From a virus (taxonomy: Duplodnaviria; Caudoviricetes), in the IMG/VR virus record IMGVR_UViG_3300048672_000414, positions 1 through 56,763 of that record: a stretch of 56,763 nucleotides of DNA. One strand, 5' to 3'. Under the pieces are notes generated by a model. That model saw nothing but the letters and a program-made list of their open reading frames with translations, did no database searches and was not told the origin of the DNA. Positions 18,373-27,387 of this stretch are shown here, one piece after another (position 1 is the stretch's first letter; every line of letters starts with the position of its first letter). The translations under genes were made by a program, and so were the position numbers.

Positions 18373-19893
18373 ATGCTTAACTATCAAACTTGGCTTGAGA
18401 AACAGAATACTATACGAATTTTGTTAGTACAGGTGGACGTGCTATACAACGGTACAACTACTACTAAATACTTTAGTACCCACGGCGTAACTGTGGACGG
18501 TATAGAATATCCAGCGATTATGCGTAACGGGTTTTCGTTAACTGAAAGTATTAGCTTAGAGTATACCGCTAATATTAGTTATGGGGATATAGAGGTAATT
18601 AATGGAAATGGAGAACTAGATATTTGGATTACTTCGCAATATGTATGGGTAAATAAACCTATCCGAGTATATGTAGGTGAACTGCCCCAAGCCGGAGCTA
18701 CTTCTACTATCGGAGACTTTGAGCAGATATTTAATGGGGTAGTTTCCGATATTGACTCAAAAGATAGGTATACCCTAAACCTAAAAGTGCGCGATAAGCT
18801 AGAGAAGTTAAATACCAGTATTAGTGAAGCCCTGTTAGGTAACTACTATAATGGCGTAGATAACGTAGATACTAGCGTATACGTAAACCAAAATAATAAT
18901 AGCATTAGGCCAGTTTGTTTTGGGGAAGTATTTAATATAACTCCGCTATTGAGTGACCCCGTAAACTTACACTACATGGTTAATACCATAGACGTAGAGC
19001 GTATTATTGAAGTACGAGATAACGGAGTGCCTGTTTTATTTACTCAAACTAGCCCAGTACCTGCAGGCAGTTTCCAGCTATTAAAATCTCCAGTAGGTAT
19101 AGTTACTTGCTCAGTGCAAGGTACAAAGCAAGTAGTAAGTACCTCAACCGGAGCAGTTACTGCAGGATACAGTGACTCTGGAAGTAATACAATTTTAACC
19201 ATATTACGACTATACGGCAAAGCTTTAGACTCTACGGAAATAGACTTAGCAAGTTTTACTACTCTAGGAACATATAGTGTAGGCGTATATTTATCCGAGC
19301 GTGCAAATGTACTAAAAGTATGTCAAGATATTGCTCGAGACTGTGGACACGTACTTACTATTACACGCCAGGGTAAGGTTCGTTTAGTCGATTTAAAGAT
19401 ACCTAATACCTATGTAGCTTCTATTACAGAATCCGATATTCTGTTAAATACTCTGTCTATAAGTAAAAAATTAGATGTAATTGCAGGTGTAAAGTTAGGA
19501 TACAGTAAAAACTATACTCAACAGCCAAACCTACTTACCGCAATACCACAGCAACATAAAGACTTTTATGCCTCAGACTATACTGAAAGCGTAAAGCAGG
19601 ACTTAAGTGTAAAATCAGCCTATAGTATTACTGTAGAACCGGCCCTGCAGGAAACATATCTAATTGATGGTAATGAAACGGATGTTGTAAGTTTATCTAT
19701 GTTAAACTTATTCAAAGTACCTCGTATAGTGTATAAATTTACAGGTACGGCAAGGTTACTAAGCGTGCAGTTAGGGGATGGCATACAATTGTCCAATATT
19801 AGTAGGTTTGGACTTAGTTCAAGTATTGGTTTAGTTATAAGTACCTCTCCAAACTGGACGCGTGGTACTATTGATTTAGAGGTATTAGTATAA
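18373..19893 (+). CDS. Putative tail tip / baseplate hub protein
   Basis: Follows the tape measure; RPVCFGEVFNITP and EVRDNG motifs; start moved to the ATG after AAAGGAG. Confidence 0.65.
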   Translation: MLNYQTWLEKQNTIRILLVQVDVLYNGTTTTKYFSTHGVTVDGIEYPAIMRNGFSLTESISLEYTANISYGDIEVINGNGELDIWITSQYVWVNKPIRVYVGELPQAGATSTIGDFEQIFNGVVSDIDSKDRYTLNLKVRDKLEKLNTSISEALLGNYYNGVDNVDTSVYVNQNNNSIRPVCFGEVFNITPLLSDPVNLHYMVNTIDVERIIEVRDNGVPVLFTQTSPVPAGSFQLLKSPVGIVTCSVQGTKQVVSTSTGAVTAGYSDSGSNTILTILRLYGKALDSTEIDLASFTTLGTYSVGVYLSERANVLKVCQDIARDCGHVLTITRQGKVRLVDLKIPNTYVASITESDILLNTLSISKKLDVIAGVKLGYSKNYTQQPNLLTAIPQQHKDFYASDYTESVKQDLSVKSAYSITVEPALQETYLIDGNETDVVSLSMLNLFKVPRIVYKFTGTARLLSVQLGDGIQLSNISRFGLSSSIGLVISTSPNWTRGTIDLEVLV

Positions 19894-19894
19894 G

Positions 19895-22558
19895 ATGGCT
19901 ACACTGATAAAAAATACTAGAAACAAACTACTTGCTGAAGCTAGTACAAGAATATTGGGTACCGGCGTTGCTATTACTTCTAATAATATGAGTAGTATTA
20001 CGGTACCAAAAAATGCTACTATACCTACCCCGGCAGCCTTTGTTCTAGACGCTATAGCTTTAGGTTTTTTACAGCCTACCTATGTTTGGCAGTATAAGTT
20101 TAGTAGTCAAACAGCATGGACTAGTATTCCTGATACAACTAGCTCTATATCAGTAACCTTAGATAGTGCCTGGCTTACCTCAGCAGGTACAGATACTATT
20201 GTGCAATATATGGTTACAGTATCCGAGAGTGCGTCAGGGTATACCTCGTCAGTACCTCCAGCCTCATTTACTCTGTATACCCCCATACTTCGTGAGGGGG
20301 TACGCGGGCCAAGTACTGTGCTATTAACCTTATTTAAACGCACTAGTACTAGTACTGCGCCAAGCGTTACGTACACCCAGATAAACTCCACATATAACTA
20401 CGTAGATGGCACTATTACAGGTCAGCCGGATGGGTGGACCTTAACCGCACCTAATAATACTAATGATCAGTACCTATGGTGTATTCAGTTATCTATAAAC
20501 AGTACCTTGGATAGCTATACTTTTCCTAATACGCTATGGCCAACTACTGCTGTATTATACACTAAAAGTGGAACAAATGGCCCTTATGTAGAAATTAGTG
20601 GGCTAACAACTATTTATAAAAATAGTGGGGGAGCACTTACTCCAGCTACGCTTAGTTTAAGTGCCTCTACTACTAATATAGATAGTCCGGGTCATACGTG
20701 GACGGTTACAGGGGCCACTCCTACTTCCGGCACAGGGCCTACAATTACTATTACTCCTAGCGGTACAGCGCCCGTAGGAGTAACTATGACTACTACGGGT
20801 ACTAATATTACAGGTAGTATAACTGTGTCTAGAACTATGGCTATAGTAGATCAGGGAACCCCTGGTCAAGCTGGGGCCAATGGAGTAATGTCCGCCTACC
20901 CATCTATATATAGATGGGTAGCTGGAACTACGGCTCCAGCTAGGCCTATAACAACTAGTACATACACTTGGAGCACTGGCGCTTATACGGCCCCAACAAA
21001 CTGGAGTACGGTAGCACCATCAAACACTAATAGTAATTATACTCTATGGCAAATTACAGTCCCATTATCAGTAACAGCTACTACCACCACTAGTACTTTA
21101 GACTGGACCAATACAGCATATACCATACGCGCTATTGCGTATAACGGGGCTGATGGGTCTAGTGGGGTAGATGGGCTTAACGGTACAGCTATGTACCTAA
21201 TAGATAGAGGTACTAGTACTATTAGTACCTCACCTACTGCTAGCGAAGTATATGCAAAGCTAGGTAGGTATGCTGTTGCTGGGGATATTGCCACTACCTT
21301 ATATAGTAGCGGCACAGCCTCAAAAACATGGCAGGCTACTGGTACAGGATCAGGAGCTACCTGGGCACTAGTTACAACCTATCTATCAGGGTCTTTAATA
21401 GTACAGAACACAATTACTGGTGATAAACTAACTGCAAATACAATTACTGCATCCAAGCTATCCAGCTCCAGTACTGTTGGGGCAGACGGAACATTTAATT
21501 TAGATACTTCTAGTATTCCCGTAAACGGTAAATATGCAACCGGACAATTTTATACCAGTGGGGCTGCTAAGTACGGCGTCTCCGGACTATCTACTAATGC
21601 CTCCTCTTCTGCTGGCGGCGTACTGGGCGGTGGGTGCTCAGCAGGTATGGGAGTTGGAGCATTTAATGCAAAAACCAGCGCTTTTAGTACTTTTAATACC
21701 GCATGTGCTTTAGGCACTACTAGTTCGGCAGGCTACTATAAATTCCATAGAAGCGCGGGAGACCAATTAGCAATTCCGAATACGGAAATTAATATATGTA
21801 CCTCGGGAGACGGCATACAGGGTAATTACTATAGTGAAACTGAAAGTTACCAGCGATTAAGTTTTTATTTAAATAACAATGTTACCATGTACGCCGGTGT
21901 ATTCCGTTACCATAATACCAGCGGGACTATAGTAACAGAAGCAAGTCTAGGTGGAGCTACATACGCAGTAAATGTACCTACTGGAAAGGGCTCTTCTTAC
22001 TTTGGCGGAGTAGTAGTACCTTTTACGGCCGCACACGATGGCATCATATCTGACTATGCTGATGTAGTTCCGGGTGATATTATTGTAGATATTGAAGTAC
22101 TTAAACGAGTAGATATATCTAATAGTATAGTAAGGATGGAAGCCTCAACCTTTACCAACCAAAAAGGTGTTGTTGGTGTTTGTAATGAAATATTTGAAAA
22201 ACCCCCACAAGATTGGCTACCTAGTTCTGCTCAGCAAGAATATGTATATGCTATGGATGAGGATATTTCGCAGCGCCCAGCACCGGATACCTATACTAAC
22301 CCAGGGTATTACCCAGTACCCGAAGGCATGCGAGTACTGCATGTAAATGCAATAGGAGAAGGTTTAATTAACGTATGCGGTGAAGGCGGGGATATTGAGC
22401 GAGGAGATTTAATAGTTACAAGCTCTATACGTGGAAAAGGTATGCGGCAACAAGATGATATTGTACGTAATACTACAGTAGCCAAAGCCAGGGAGTCCGT
22501 TACCTTCGATTCTACTACTCAAGTTAAGCAGATAGCCTGTATTTATATGTGCGGCTAA
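19895..22558 (+). CDS. Tail fibre/spike with a probable C-terminal autocleaving chaperone domain
   Basis: Thr-rich beta repeats, short GXY linkers, TITGDKLTANTITASKL hinge, C-terminal FTAAH...GEGLINVCGEGGDIERGDLIVTSS. Confidence 0.7.
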   Translation: MATLIKNTRNKLLAEASTRILGTGVAITSNNMSSITVPKNATIPTPAAFVLDAIALGFLQPTYVWQYKFSSQTAWTSIPDTTSSISVTLDSAWLTSAGTDTIVQYMVTVSESASGYTSSVPPASFTLYTPILREGVRGPSTVLLTLFKRTSTSTAPSVTYTQINSTYNYVDGTITGQPDGWTLTAPNNTNDQYLWCIQLSINSTLDSYTFPNTLWPTTAVLYTKSGTNGPYVEISGLTTIYKNSGGALTPATLSLSASTTNIDSPGHTWTVTGATPTSGTGPTITITPSGTAPVGVTMTTTGTNITGSITVSRTMAIVDQGTPGQAGANGVMSAYPSIYRWVAGTTAPARPITTSTYTWSTGAYTAPTNWSTVAPSNTNSNYTLWQITVPLSVTATTTTSTLDWTNTAYTIRAIAYNGADGSSGVDGLNGTAMYLIDRGTSTISTSPTASEVYAKLGRYAVAGDIATTLYSSGTASKTWQATGTGSGATWALVTTYLSGSLIVQNTITGDKLTANTITASKLSSSSTVGADGTFNLDTSSIPVNGKYATGQFYTSGAAKYGVSGLSTNASSSAGGVLGGGCSAGMGVGAFNAKTSAFSTFNTACALGTTSSAGYYKFHRSAGDQLAIPNTEINICTSGDGIQGNYYSETESYQRLSFYLNNNVTMYAGVFRYHNTSGTIVTEASLGGATYAVNVPTGKGSSYFGGVVVPFTAAHDGIISDYADVVPGDIIVDIEVLKRVDISNSIVRMEASTFTNQKGVVGVCNEIFEKPPQDWLPSSAQQEYVYAMDEDISQRPAPDTYTNPGYYPVPEGMRVLHVNAIGEGLINVCGEGGDIERGDLIVTSSIRGKGMRQQDDIVRNTTVAKARESVTFDSTTQVKQIACIYMCG

Positions 22559-22571
22559 CCTAAGGAACGCT

Positions 22572-23297
22572 ATGGCCAATAAATTACGTATACTATATAA
22601 AAATTTACTAACAGCCGCAACAGCCGGGGGCGTATCCGCCCCAAACCTGTTGACGGATACTAAGTCCCAAACAGCCAGCGGCACTACGTTTGTACTTACA
22701 ACTACTAGCGTAATAGGTCCGGTTGCCGTTATCGCTGTGCTAGCAGAAAATCCTGGTTCGGTAACTATGACGGTTACAGGACAAACAGCCTTAACAGAGG
22801 CAACTACCACAGAGGCTAGTGGTAACGCTAGTGGGTACGGTGGGGTCAAGTACGTTGCTAAGTACTTTACGCTTGCAAGCGGCACTACTAGTTTTACAGT
22901 CACTTTTAACCAAAGTGTAAAAGTAAGCAGGTTCATAGTAGGTAATTACTGGGAACCTAAATATAATACTAGCTTTGGTATTTCTGTTGGTTATGAGGAT
23001 GCTACGCAGTTTGAGCGCCTTCAAAGCGGAGACTTATACGCTACACTGGCTCCTAGGTATAAAACCCTGAGCTTTGAGCTTCAGTACGTCGATGCTAGTG
23101 AAAAGTTTAAGCTGTACGAAATCCTGCGAGGTATAGGTAAAACAAAGCCCATATTTATATCCGCATTTCCTGACCAGCTGAGTGACCAAGAGCAAGAACA
23201 AATGTACTCGATATATGGTAGACTAACCAGTCTACCTCCAATAAGTTACAGAATATTTACCATATACAGCTCTCAGTTTGAAGTACAAGAATTTTAA
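22572..23297 (+). CDS. Putative distal tail (Dit-like) protein
   Basis: 241 aa in the tail operon; SRFIVGNYWEP...G and GKTKPIFIS motifs. Confidence 0.5.
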   Translation: MANKLRILYKNLLTAATAGGVSAPNLLTDTKSQTASGTTFVLTTTSVIGPVAVIAVLAENPGSVTMTVTGQTALTEATTTEASGNASGYGGVKYVAKYFTLASGTTSFTVTFNQSVKVSRFIVGNYWEPKYNTSFGISVGYEDATQFERLQSGDLYATLAPRYKTLSFELQYVDASEKFKLYEILRGIGKTKPIFISAFPDQLSDQEQEQMYSIYGRLTSLPPISYRIFTIYSSQFEVQEF

Positions 23298-23300
23298 CTC

Positions 23301-23327
23301 TACCAGCCGCAAGGCTGGTATTTTTTT
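23301..23327 (+). terminator. Rho-independent terminator
   Basis: TACCAGCC-GCAA-GGCTGGTA followed by T7. Confidence 0.88.
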
Positions 23328-23330
23328 ATA

Positions 23331-23359
23331 TTGACAACCACATGCCCTCATGGTATAAT
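23331..23359 (+). promoter_or_regulatory. Consensus sigma70 promoter for the lysis region
   Basis: TTGACA-17 nt-TATAAT with extended -10 TG. Confidence 0.88.
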
Positions 23360-23419
23360 AGTACAAAATTAGAGGGTAATTTTAAAATGCCCGTACTTTA
23401 ACCTAGTAGAAAGACCACT

Positions 23420-23749
23420 ATGCTACCAGAAGATATTTCTACGCTCACTGGCGGAGTCATTGCTAGCGTTTTTGCCACCTTATTTCTCCTGCAAAAATTC
23501 TTTATGGGATGGAAATCGGACAAGGCCGAAAACTCGATTATTACCCTAATGCACACCGAACTGGAGCGTTTAAGTGATCAAAACGCCAAACTAAGTGTAG
23601 AGCTTGGTAAATTGCAAGAAGAAATTATTGCACTAAATACAGAATTACGCGCCTTAACCGCAGAGAACCAGCGCCTACACAGCGAAGTAAATTTGCTAAC
23701 AGATGAGGTATCGCGTCTGCACGGAATGTTAAAAGGAGAGGCTAAATGA
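23420..23749 (+). CDS. Membrane-anchored coiled-coil protein (lysis region)
   Basis: N-terminal hydrophobic helix followed by a heptad repeat. Confidence 0.65.
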   Translation: MLPEDISTLTGGVIASVFATLFLLQKFFMGWKSDKAENSIITLMHTELERLSDQNAKLSVELGKLQEEIIALNTELRALTAENQRLHSEVNLLTDEVSRLHGMLKGEAK

Positions 23750-23883
23750 CTCCAGCAAAAATTAATTATAAAATCTACCAAGGCAGTACCTTTCAGGAGG
23801 CTTATCGTTGGGAGTCAGAAACAAAAACATACCTTCATATTACTAATATAGCTAAAAGTGCTCCGTGTATAATTACTACCTGA
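23746..23883 (+). pseudogene. Truncated 45-aa remnant of a virion-type gene
   Basis: Hand translation MTPAKINYKIYQGSTFQEAYRWESETKTYLHITNIAKSAPCIITT*; AAGGAG RBS and ATGA coupling to the upstream gene. Confidence 0.5.
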
Positions 23884-24012
23884 GTACACTAACATGACCC
23901 TAAACTATAGCAAACTATTGAAAAAAGCAGGCGAAACAGCAACAGGAGCCGGCTCGGCCCTTGTCGCCGTTGCTATCACCTTTCACGCAACTCTAGAACT
24001 AGTAGGTATATT

Positions 24013-24483
24013 ATGCTCGAAACTCTTTTAGGCGGTGTATTTGGCGGAGCACTACGCCTAGCTCCAGAAGTAATGAAGCTTTGGGATCGCCGCGACGAAC
24101 GCAAGCACGAACTCCAGATGCTGGATCGGGAGTTTGAGTTTGCCAAAGCACGAGCAGAAACCACACTACGACAAGTAGATGCTGACGTGCAGGTATCGCA
24201 ATTTGAGGCACTTACCTCAGCCTTTCAAGAGCAGTCACAAACCGCCCAAGCCGCGGGCAAATTTGTAGCTGCCGTCAGCGCACTAGTACGACCACTAGTT
24301 ACGTATATCTTTATTACCCTATATGCACTAGTAAAGCTAGCTGCATACATTCTAGCACTACAGCAAGGTGGTGCATGGGCCCCTGTGTTGGTAGCTATGT
24401 GGGGTGTGGACGATATGGCTGTGCTAAACATGATTCTGGGCTTCTGGTTTGTAGGCAGAGTATATGAGCGCAGCAACAAGTAA
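24013..24483 (+). CDS. Putative holin
   Basis: Three hydrophobic segments, D.K.ERKHEL, VRPLVTY and FWFVGR motifs; overlaps the endolysin. Confidence 0.7.
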   Translation: MLETLLGGVFGGALRLAPEVMKLWDRRDERKHELQMLDREFEFAKARAETTLRQVDADVQVSQFEALTSAFQEQSQTAQAAGKFVAAVSALVRPLVTYIFITLYALVKLAAYILALQQGGAWAPVLVAMWGVDDMAVLNMILGFWFVGRVYERSNK

Positions 24484-24928
24484 AGCTTTAGTAGTAGCCT
24501 CAGACTTATGCAGGCTGTTCGAAGGCTTCTCTAGCAAGCCTTATATATGTCCAGCAGGGTACGCTACTATAGGCTATGGCACTGTATATAAACCAGACGG
24601 CTCGCAGGTAACCATGCAACATAATCCCATTAGTCGGGAGCTAGCAGAAAGCTGGCTACTACACGAGCTAGAACATAACTATATGAGCGGAGTACTAGCC
24701 GCTAGCCCAACCCTGGTAGAAAATCCACTAGTGTTGGCTGCGATGACCGACTTTGCATATAACCTGGGCGTAGCACGCTACAGGGCAAGTACCCTGCGAC
24801 GATGTGTGGATGCTAAAAACTGGGTTGGCGCACGTCAAGAATTATTGCGGTGGATACGCGGAGCCGGTAAGGTACTACCAGGCTTAGTAAAGCGGCGTGA
24901 GGCAGAAGCCCACCTACTACCAAATTAA
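24464..24928 (+). CDS. Endolysin, GH24 lysozyme
   Basis: FEG...PYICPAGYATIGYG, DFAYNLG, LPGLVKRREAE. Confidence 0.93.
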   Translation: MSAATSKALVVASDLCRLFEGFSSKPYICPAGYATIGYGTVYKPDGSQVTMQHNPISRELAESWLLHELEHNYMSGVLAASPTLVENPLVLAAMTDFAYNLGVARYRASTLRRCVDAKNWVGARQELLRWIRGAGKVLPGLVKRREAEAHLLPN

Positions 24929-24948
24929 ATTTTATAAAGAGGTAAATT

Positions 24949-25392
24949 ATGCCTAATATTACAAGAATGCAAGACAGTGTTCCACAACGCTATAAGGACT
25001 TAGGAGATAATACCTACGCCCAAGTCGTGGCTTTAGACGGCAGCGTCACTATTAGCAGCGTTACAGTTAGCGATGTGGAAATCTCCAATGATATAGGCAA
25101 CCCTATCCCAATTAGTGCTACTCCACGTCTATGTGTAGGACGTCAAACCATTAGTGTAACTACCGGTAGTGTAACTACACTTACAGTTCCGTCTGGTGCC
25201 GCTGCTGCTGCAATACAAGCAGACGGCAGTGCTATAAGTATCACTCTGGATGGGACTACACCTACAGCTACAGTTGGTTCCCGTATCGATGATGGAGTGT
25301 TTTATTATGTAGATACTACGCTAGCTAATGTAAAACTAATTGCGCGTACTTCGACTACTAATGTACAGGTTGTGTACTTTAATAAGGCATAA
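24949..25392 (+). CDS. Hypothetical beta-rich protein, probably virion-associated
   Basis: AAGAGG RBS; Thr/Val-rich; ITLDGTTPTATVG. Confidence 0.65.
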   Translation: MPNITRMQDSVPQRYKDLGDNTYAQVVALDGSVTISSVTVSDVEISNDIGNPIPISATPRLCVGRQTISVTTGSVTTLTVPSGAAAAAIQADGSAISITLDGTTPTATVGSRIDDGVFYYVDTTLANVKLIARTSTTNVQVVYFNKA

Positions 25393-25394
25393 GT

Positions 25395-26996
25395 ATGCGC
25401 GCCTTAGATAGAATATTTAATAGGGGGCGAATAGCCCAAGCAATAGCTAAATGGGTACCTAGTAGTTTATTTAAAAGCGGCGAACCCGGCGCATGGTACG
25501 ACCCGAGCGACCTGACGGCGCTGTTCCAAGACTCGGCAGGCACCACGCCTGTCACGGCTGTTGAGCAGCCTGTGGGGCTGATGCTGGATAAGTCGAAGGG
25601 TTTGGTGCTTGGGCCGGAGTTGGTCTACACCAGCAACATATCTGGTTTACCGGCTGGCGGCGGGACTCAGTTTTACCCCGTCAACATGATTAGCCTATCG
25701 GCAGGAAAAGCATACCGCATAACGTTCACCGTGTCTGGGTATGCCGGTACGGGTAACGTTGGCCTTGCGGGAGCGGCTCCCGCTGGTGTTGTGCAAATAA
25801 ATTGCACTGGCAACGGTACGTACTCGTGCGTTCAATTTCCAACGGCATCGGGCGGTGTGATTTTTTTCACCTCAAACACAAATACTGCAAATTTCGACAA
25901 CATCTCCGTCCGAGAACTCCCCGGCAACCACGCCTTCCAGTCAACCTGGGCAAACCGGCCTGTGCTGAGTGCTAGGGTGAATTTGCTGACGAAGACTGAG
26001 GATTTCAGTGATGCTGCTTGGAGCAAAACTGCTGGTGCTACAGTTATTACAAACACAACTATTGCCCCGGACGGAACATTGACAGCAGATACGATATCAT
26101 TTTCAACAGGAAGTGATTATTTGTATCAATCAATTGCTAATTATCCAGCAGTAACAGGACAGGGACTAACTTTAACATATCATTCTAAAATAACTTCGCG
26201 CTTGGTCATATTCGGGGGAGCTACCCCATCTGGAACAGATGTTCATTCATATGTTGATATAGGAAATGGATGGTATAGACATACAACGACAAGAACATTT
26301 ACGACAACTACAACAGCATTAACTGCTCAAGTGTTACCATCCCCGAATATTGTTGGTATTGGTGCCTATGCATTATGGGGATTAGACCTCCGTCCAACTA
26401 ACACCGGCGTAAACCTACCCGCGTACCAGCGCGTCAACACTAGCACAGACTACGACACCACTGGCTTCCCGCTGTACCTGAAGTGCAACGGCACGAATAC
26501 GTCAATGCAGACGAACTCGATTGACTTCAGCTCCACCGACAAGATGACCGTTGTGACGGGGGTGAGGAAGTTGAGTGATGCTGCGCGTGGAATGTTGATG
26601 GAGCTTTCTAACTCTGGTTCCACCAACTTGTTCAACATTGAAGCGCCCGACGCAAACGCTGCAATCACTTACAAGTTGCGATCTTCTGGCTCAACGATTA
26701 GAGATTTGATTGCTAGCGGGTATGCCGCTCCCATAACCAATGTACTGACAGGCATCAGCAACATTTCTGCACCAGAGGCAACGTTACGCGTAAATGGCTC
26801 TCAAGTGGCCACCACCAATCAATCTCAAGGCACCGGAACCTACGGAAATTACCCACTATATCTTTTTGCTAGAGCCGGTACAAGCCTATTCTTCAACGGC
26901 AACTTCTACGGCGCAATCATCCGTGGCGCACAGTCCAGCGCACAGCAGATTGCCGATGCTGAGAAGTGGATGAACAAGAAAACCCTTGCCTACTAA
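25395..26996 (+). CDS. Putative virion adhesion protein (carbohydrate-binding / LamG-like domains)
   Basis: WYDPSDL..LFQDSAGTTPV, NLLTKTEDFS..W, APDGTLTAD, FFNGNFYGAIIRG motifs. Confidence 0.6.
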   Translation: MRALDRIFNRGRIAQAIAKWVPSSLFKSGEPGAWYDPSDLTALFQDSAGTTPVTAVEQPVGLMLDKSKGLVLGPELVYTSNISGLPAGGGTQFYPVNMISLSAGKAYRITFTVSGYAGTGNVGLAGAAPAGVVQINCTGNGTYSCVQFPTASGGVIFFTSNTNTANFDNISVRELPGNHAFQSTWANRPVLSARVNLLTKTEDFSDAAWSKTAGATVITNTTIAPDGTLTADTISFSTGSDYLYQSIANYPAVTGQGLTLTYHSKITSRLVIFGGATPSGTDVHSYVDIGNGWYRHTTTRTFTTTTTALTAQVLPSPNIVGIGAYALWGLDLRPTNTGVNLPAYQRVNTSTDYDTTGFPLYLKCNGTNTSMQTNSIDFSSTDKMTVVTGVRKLSDAARGMLMELSNSGSTNLFNIEAPDANAAITYKLRSSGSTIRDLIASGYAAPITNVLTGISNISAPEATLRVNGSQVATTNQSQGTGTYGNYPLYLFARAGTSLFFNGNFYGAIIRGAQSSAQQIADAEKWMNKKTLAY

Positions 26997-27006
26997 GGAA
27001 CCCACC

Positions 27007-27282
27007 ATGTCGAATTACACTTTCGCCACAGTGGCTGTGGCAGCATCAGATCAGGCCGCAGCGCAAGCCAGCTACCCGGAATACTTCCACACTGGTGCGT
27101 CCGAAACCGGCGAAGCACCGGCTACGCACTACGTCACCTCTGGGCCTTTCGACAACGTTGAGCTGGCGGCAATTCTGAACTCACAAGACTGGCCCAAGCG
27201 TGTAGCTTTTGGGCAGGATGCTCAGGCCGGGCTGGCGCAACTGGGGCTGGTGCTGGTGAGCGAGCCTACTTCGCAACAATAA
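27007..27282 (+). CDS. Hypothetical protein
   Basis: AAGGAA RBS before MSNYTF; same GC-rich composition as the upstream gene. Confidence 0.6.
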   Translation: MSNYTFATVAVAASDQAAAQASYPEYFHTGASETGEAPATHYVTSGPFDNVELAAILNSQDWPKRVAFGQDAQAGLAQLGLVLVSEPTSQQ

Positions 27283-27314
27283 CTAGATAGGGTCAACCAT
27301 AAGTAAAATTTGAG

Positions 27315-27343
27315 TTGACCCTAAACCGCTGCAATGTTATAAT
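27315..27343 (+). promoter_or_regulatory. Sigma70 promoter for phoH
   Basis: TTGACC-17 nt-TATAAT with TG; the -35 lies within the inverted repeat TAGGGTCAAC/GTTGACCCTA. Confidence 0.8.
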
Positions 27344-27387
27344 GTTTGCATGCACCAAAATTTTCATTAACTAACCTATAAACACCT

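Noticed and set aside
19895-27282. Diversity-generating retroelement acting on fibre genes
   Set aside because: No reverse transcriptase and no template/variable repeat pair seen
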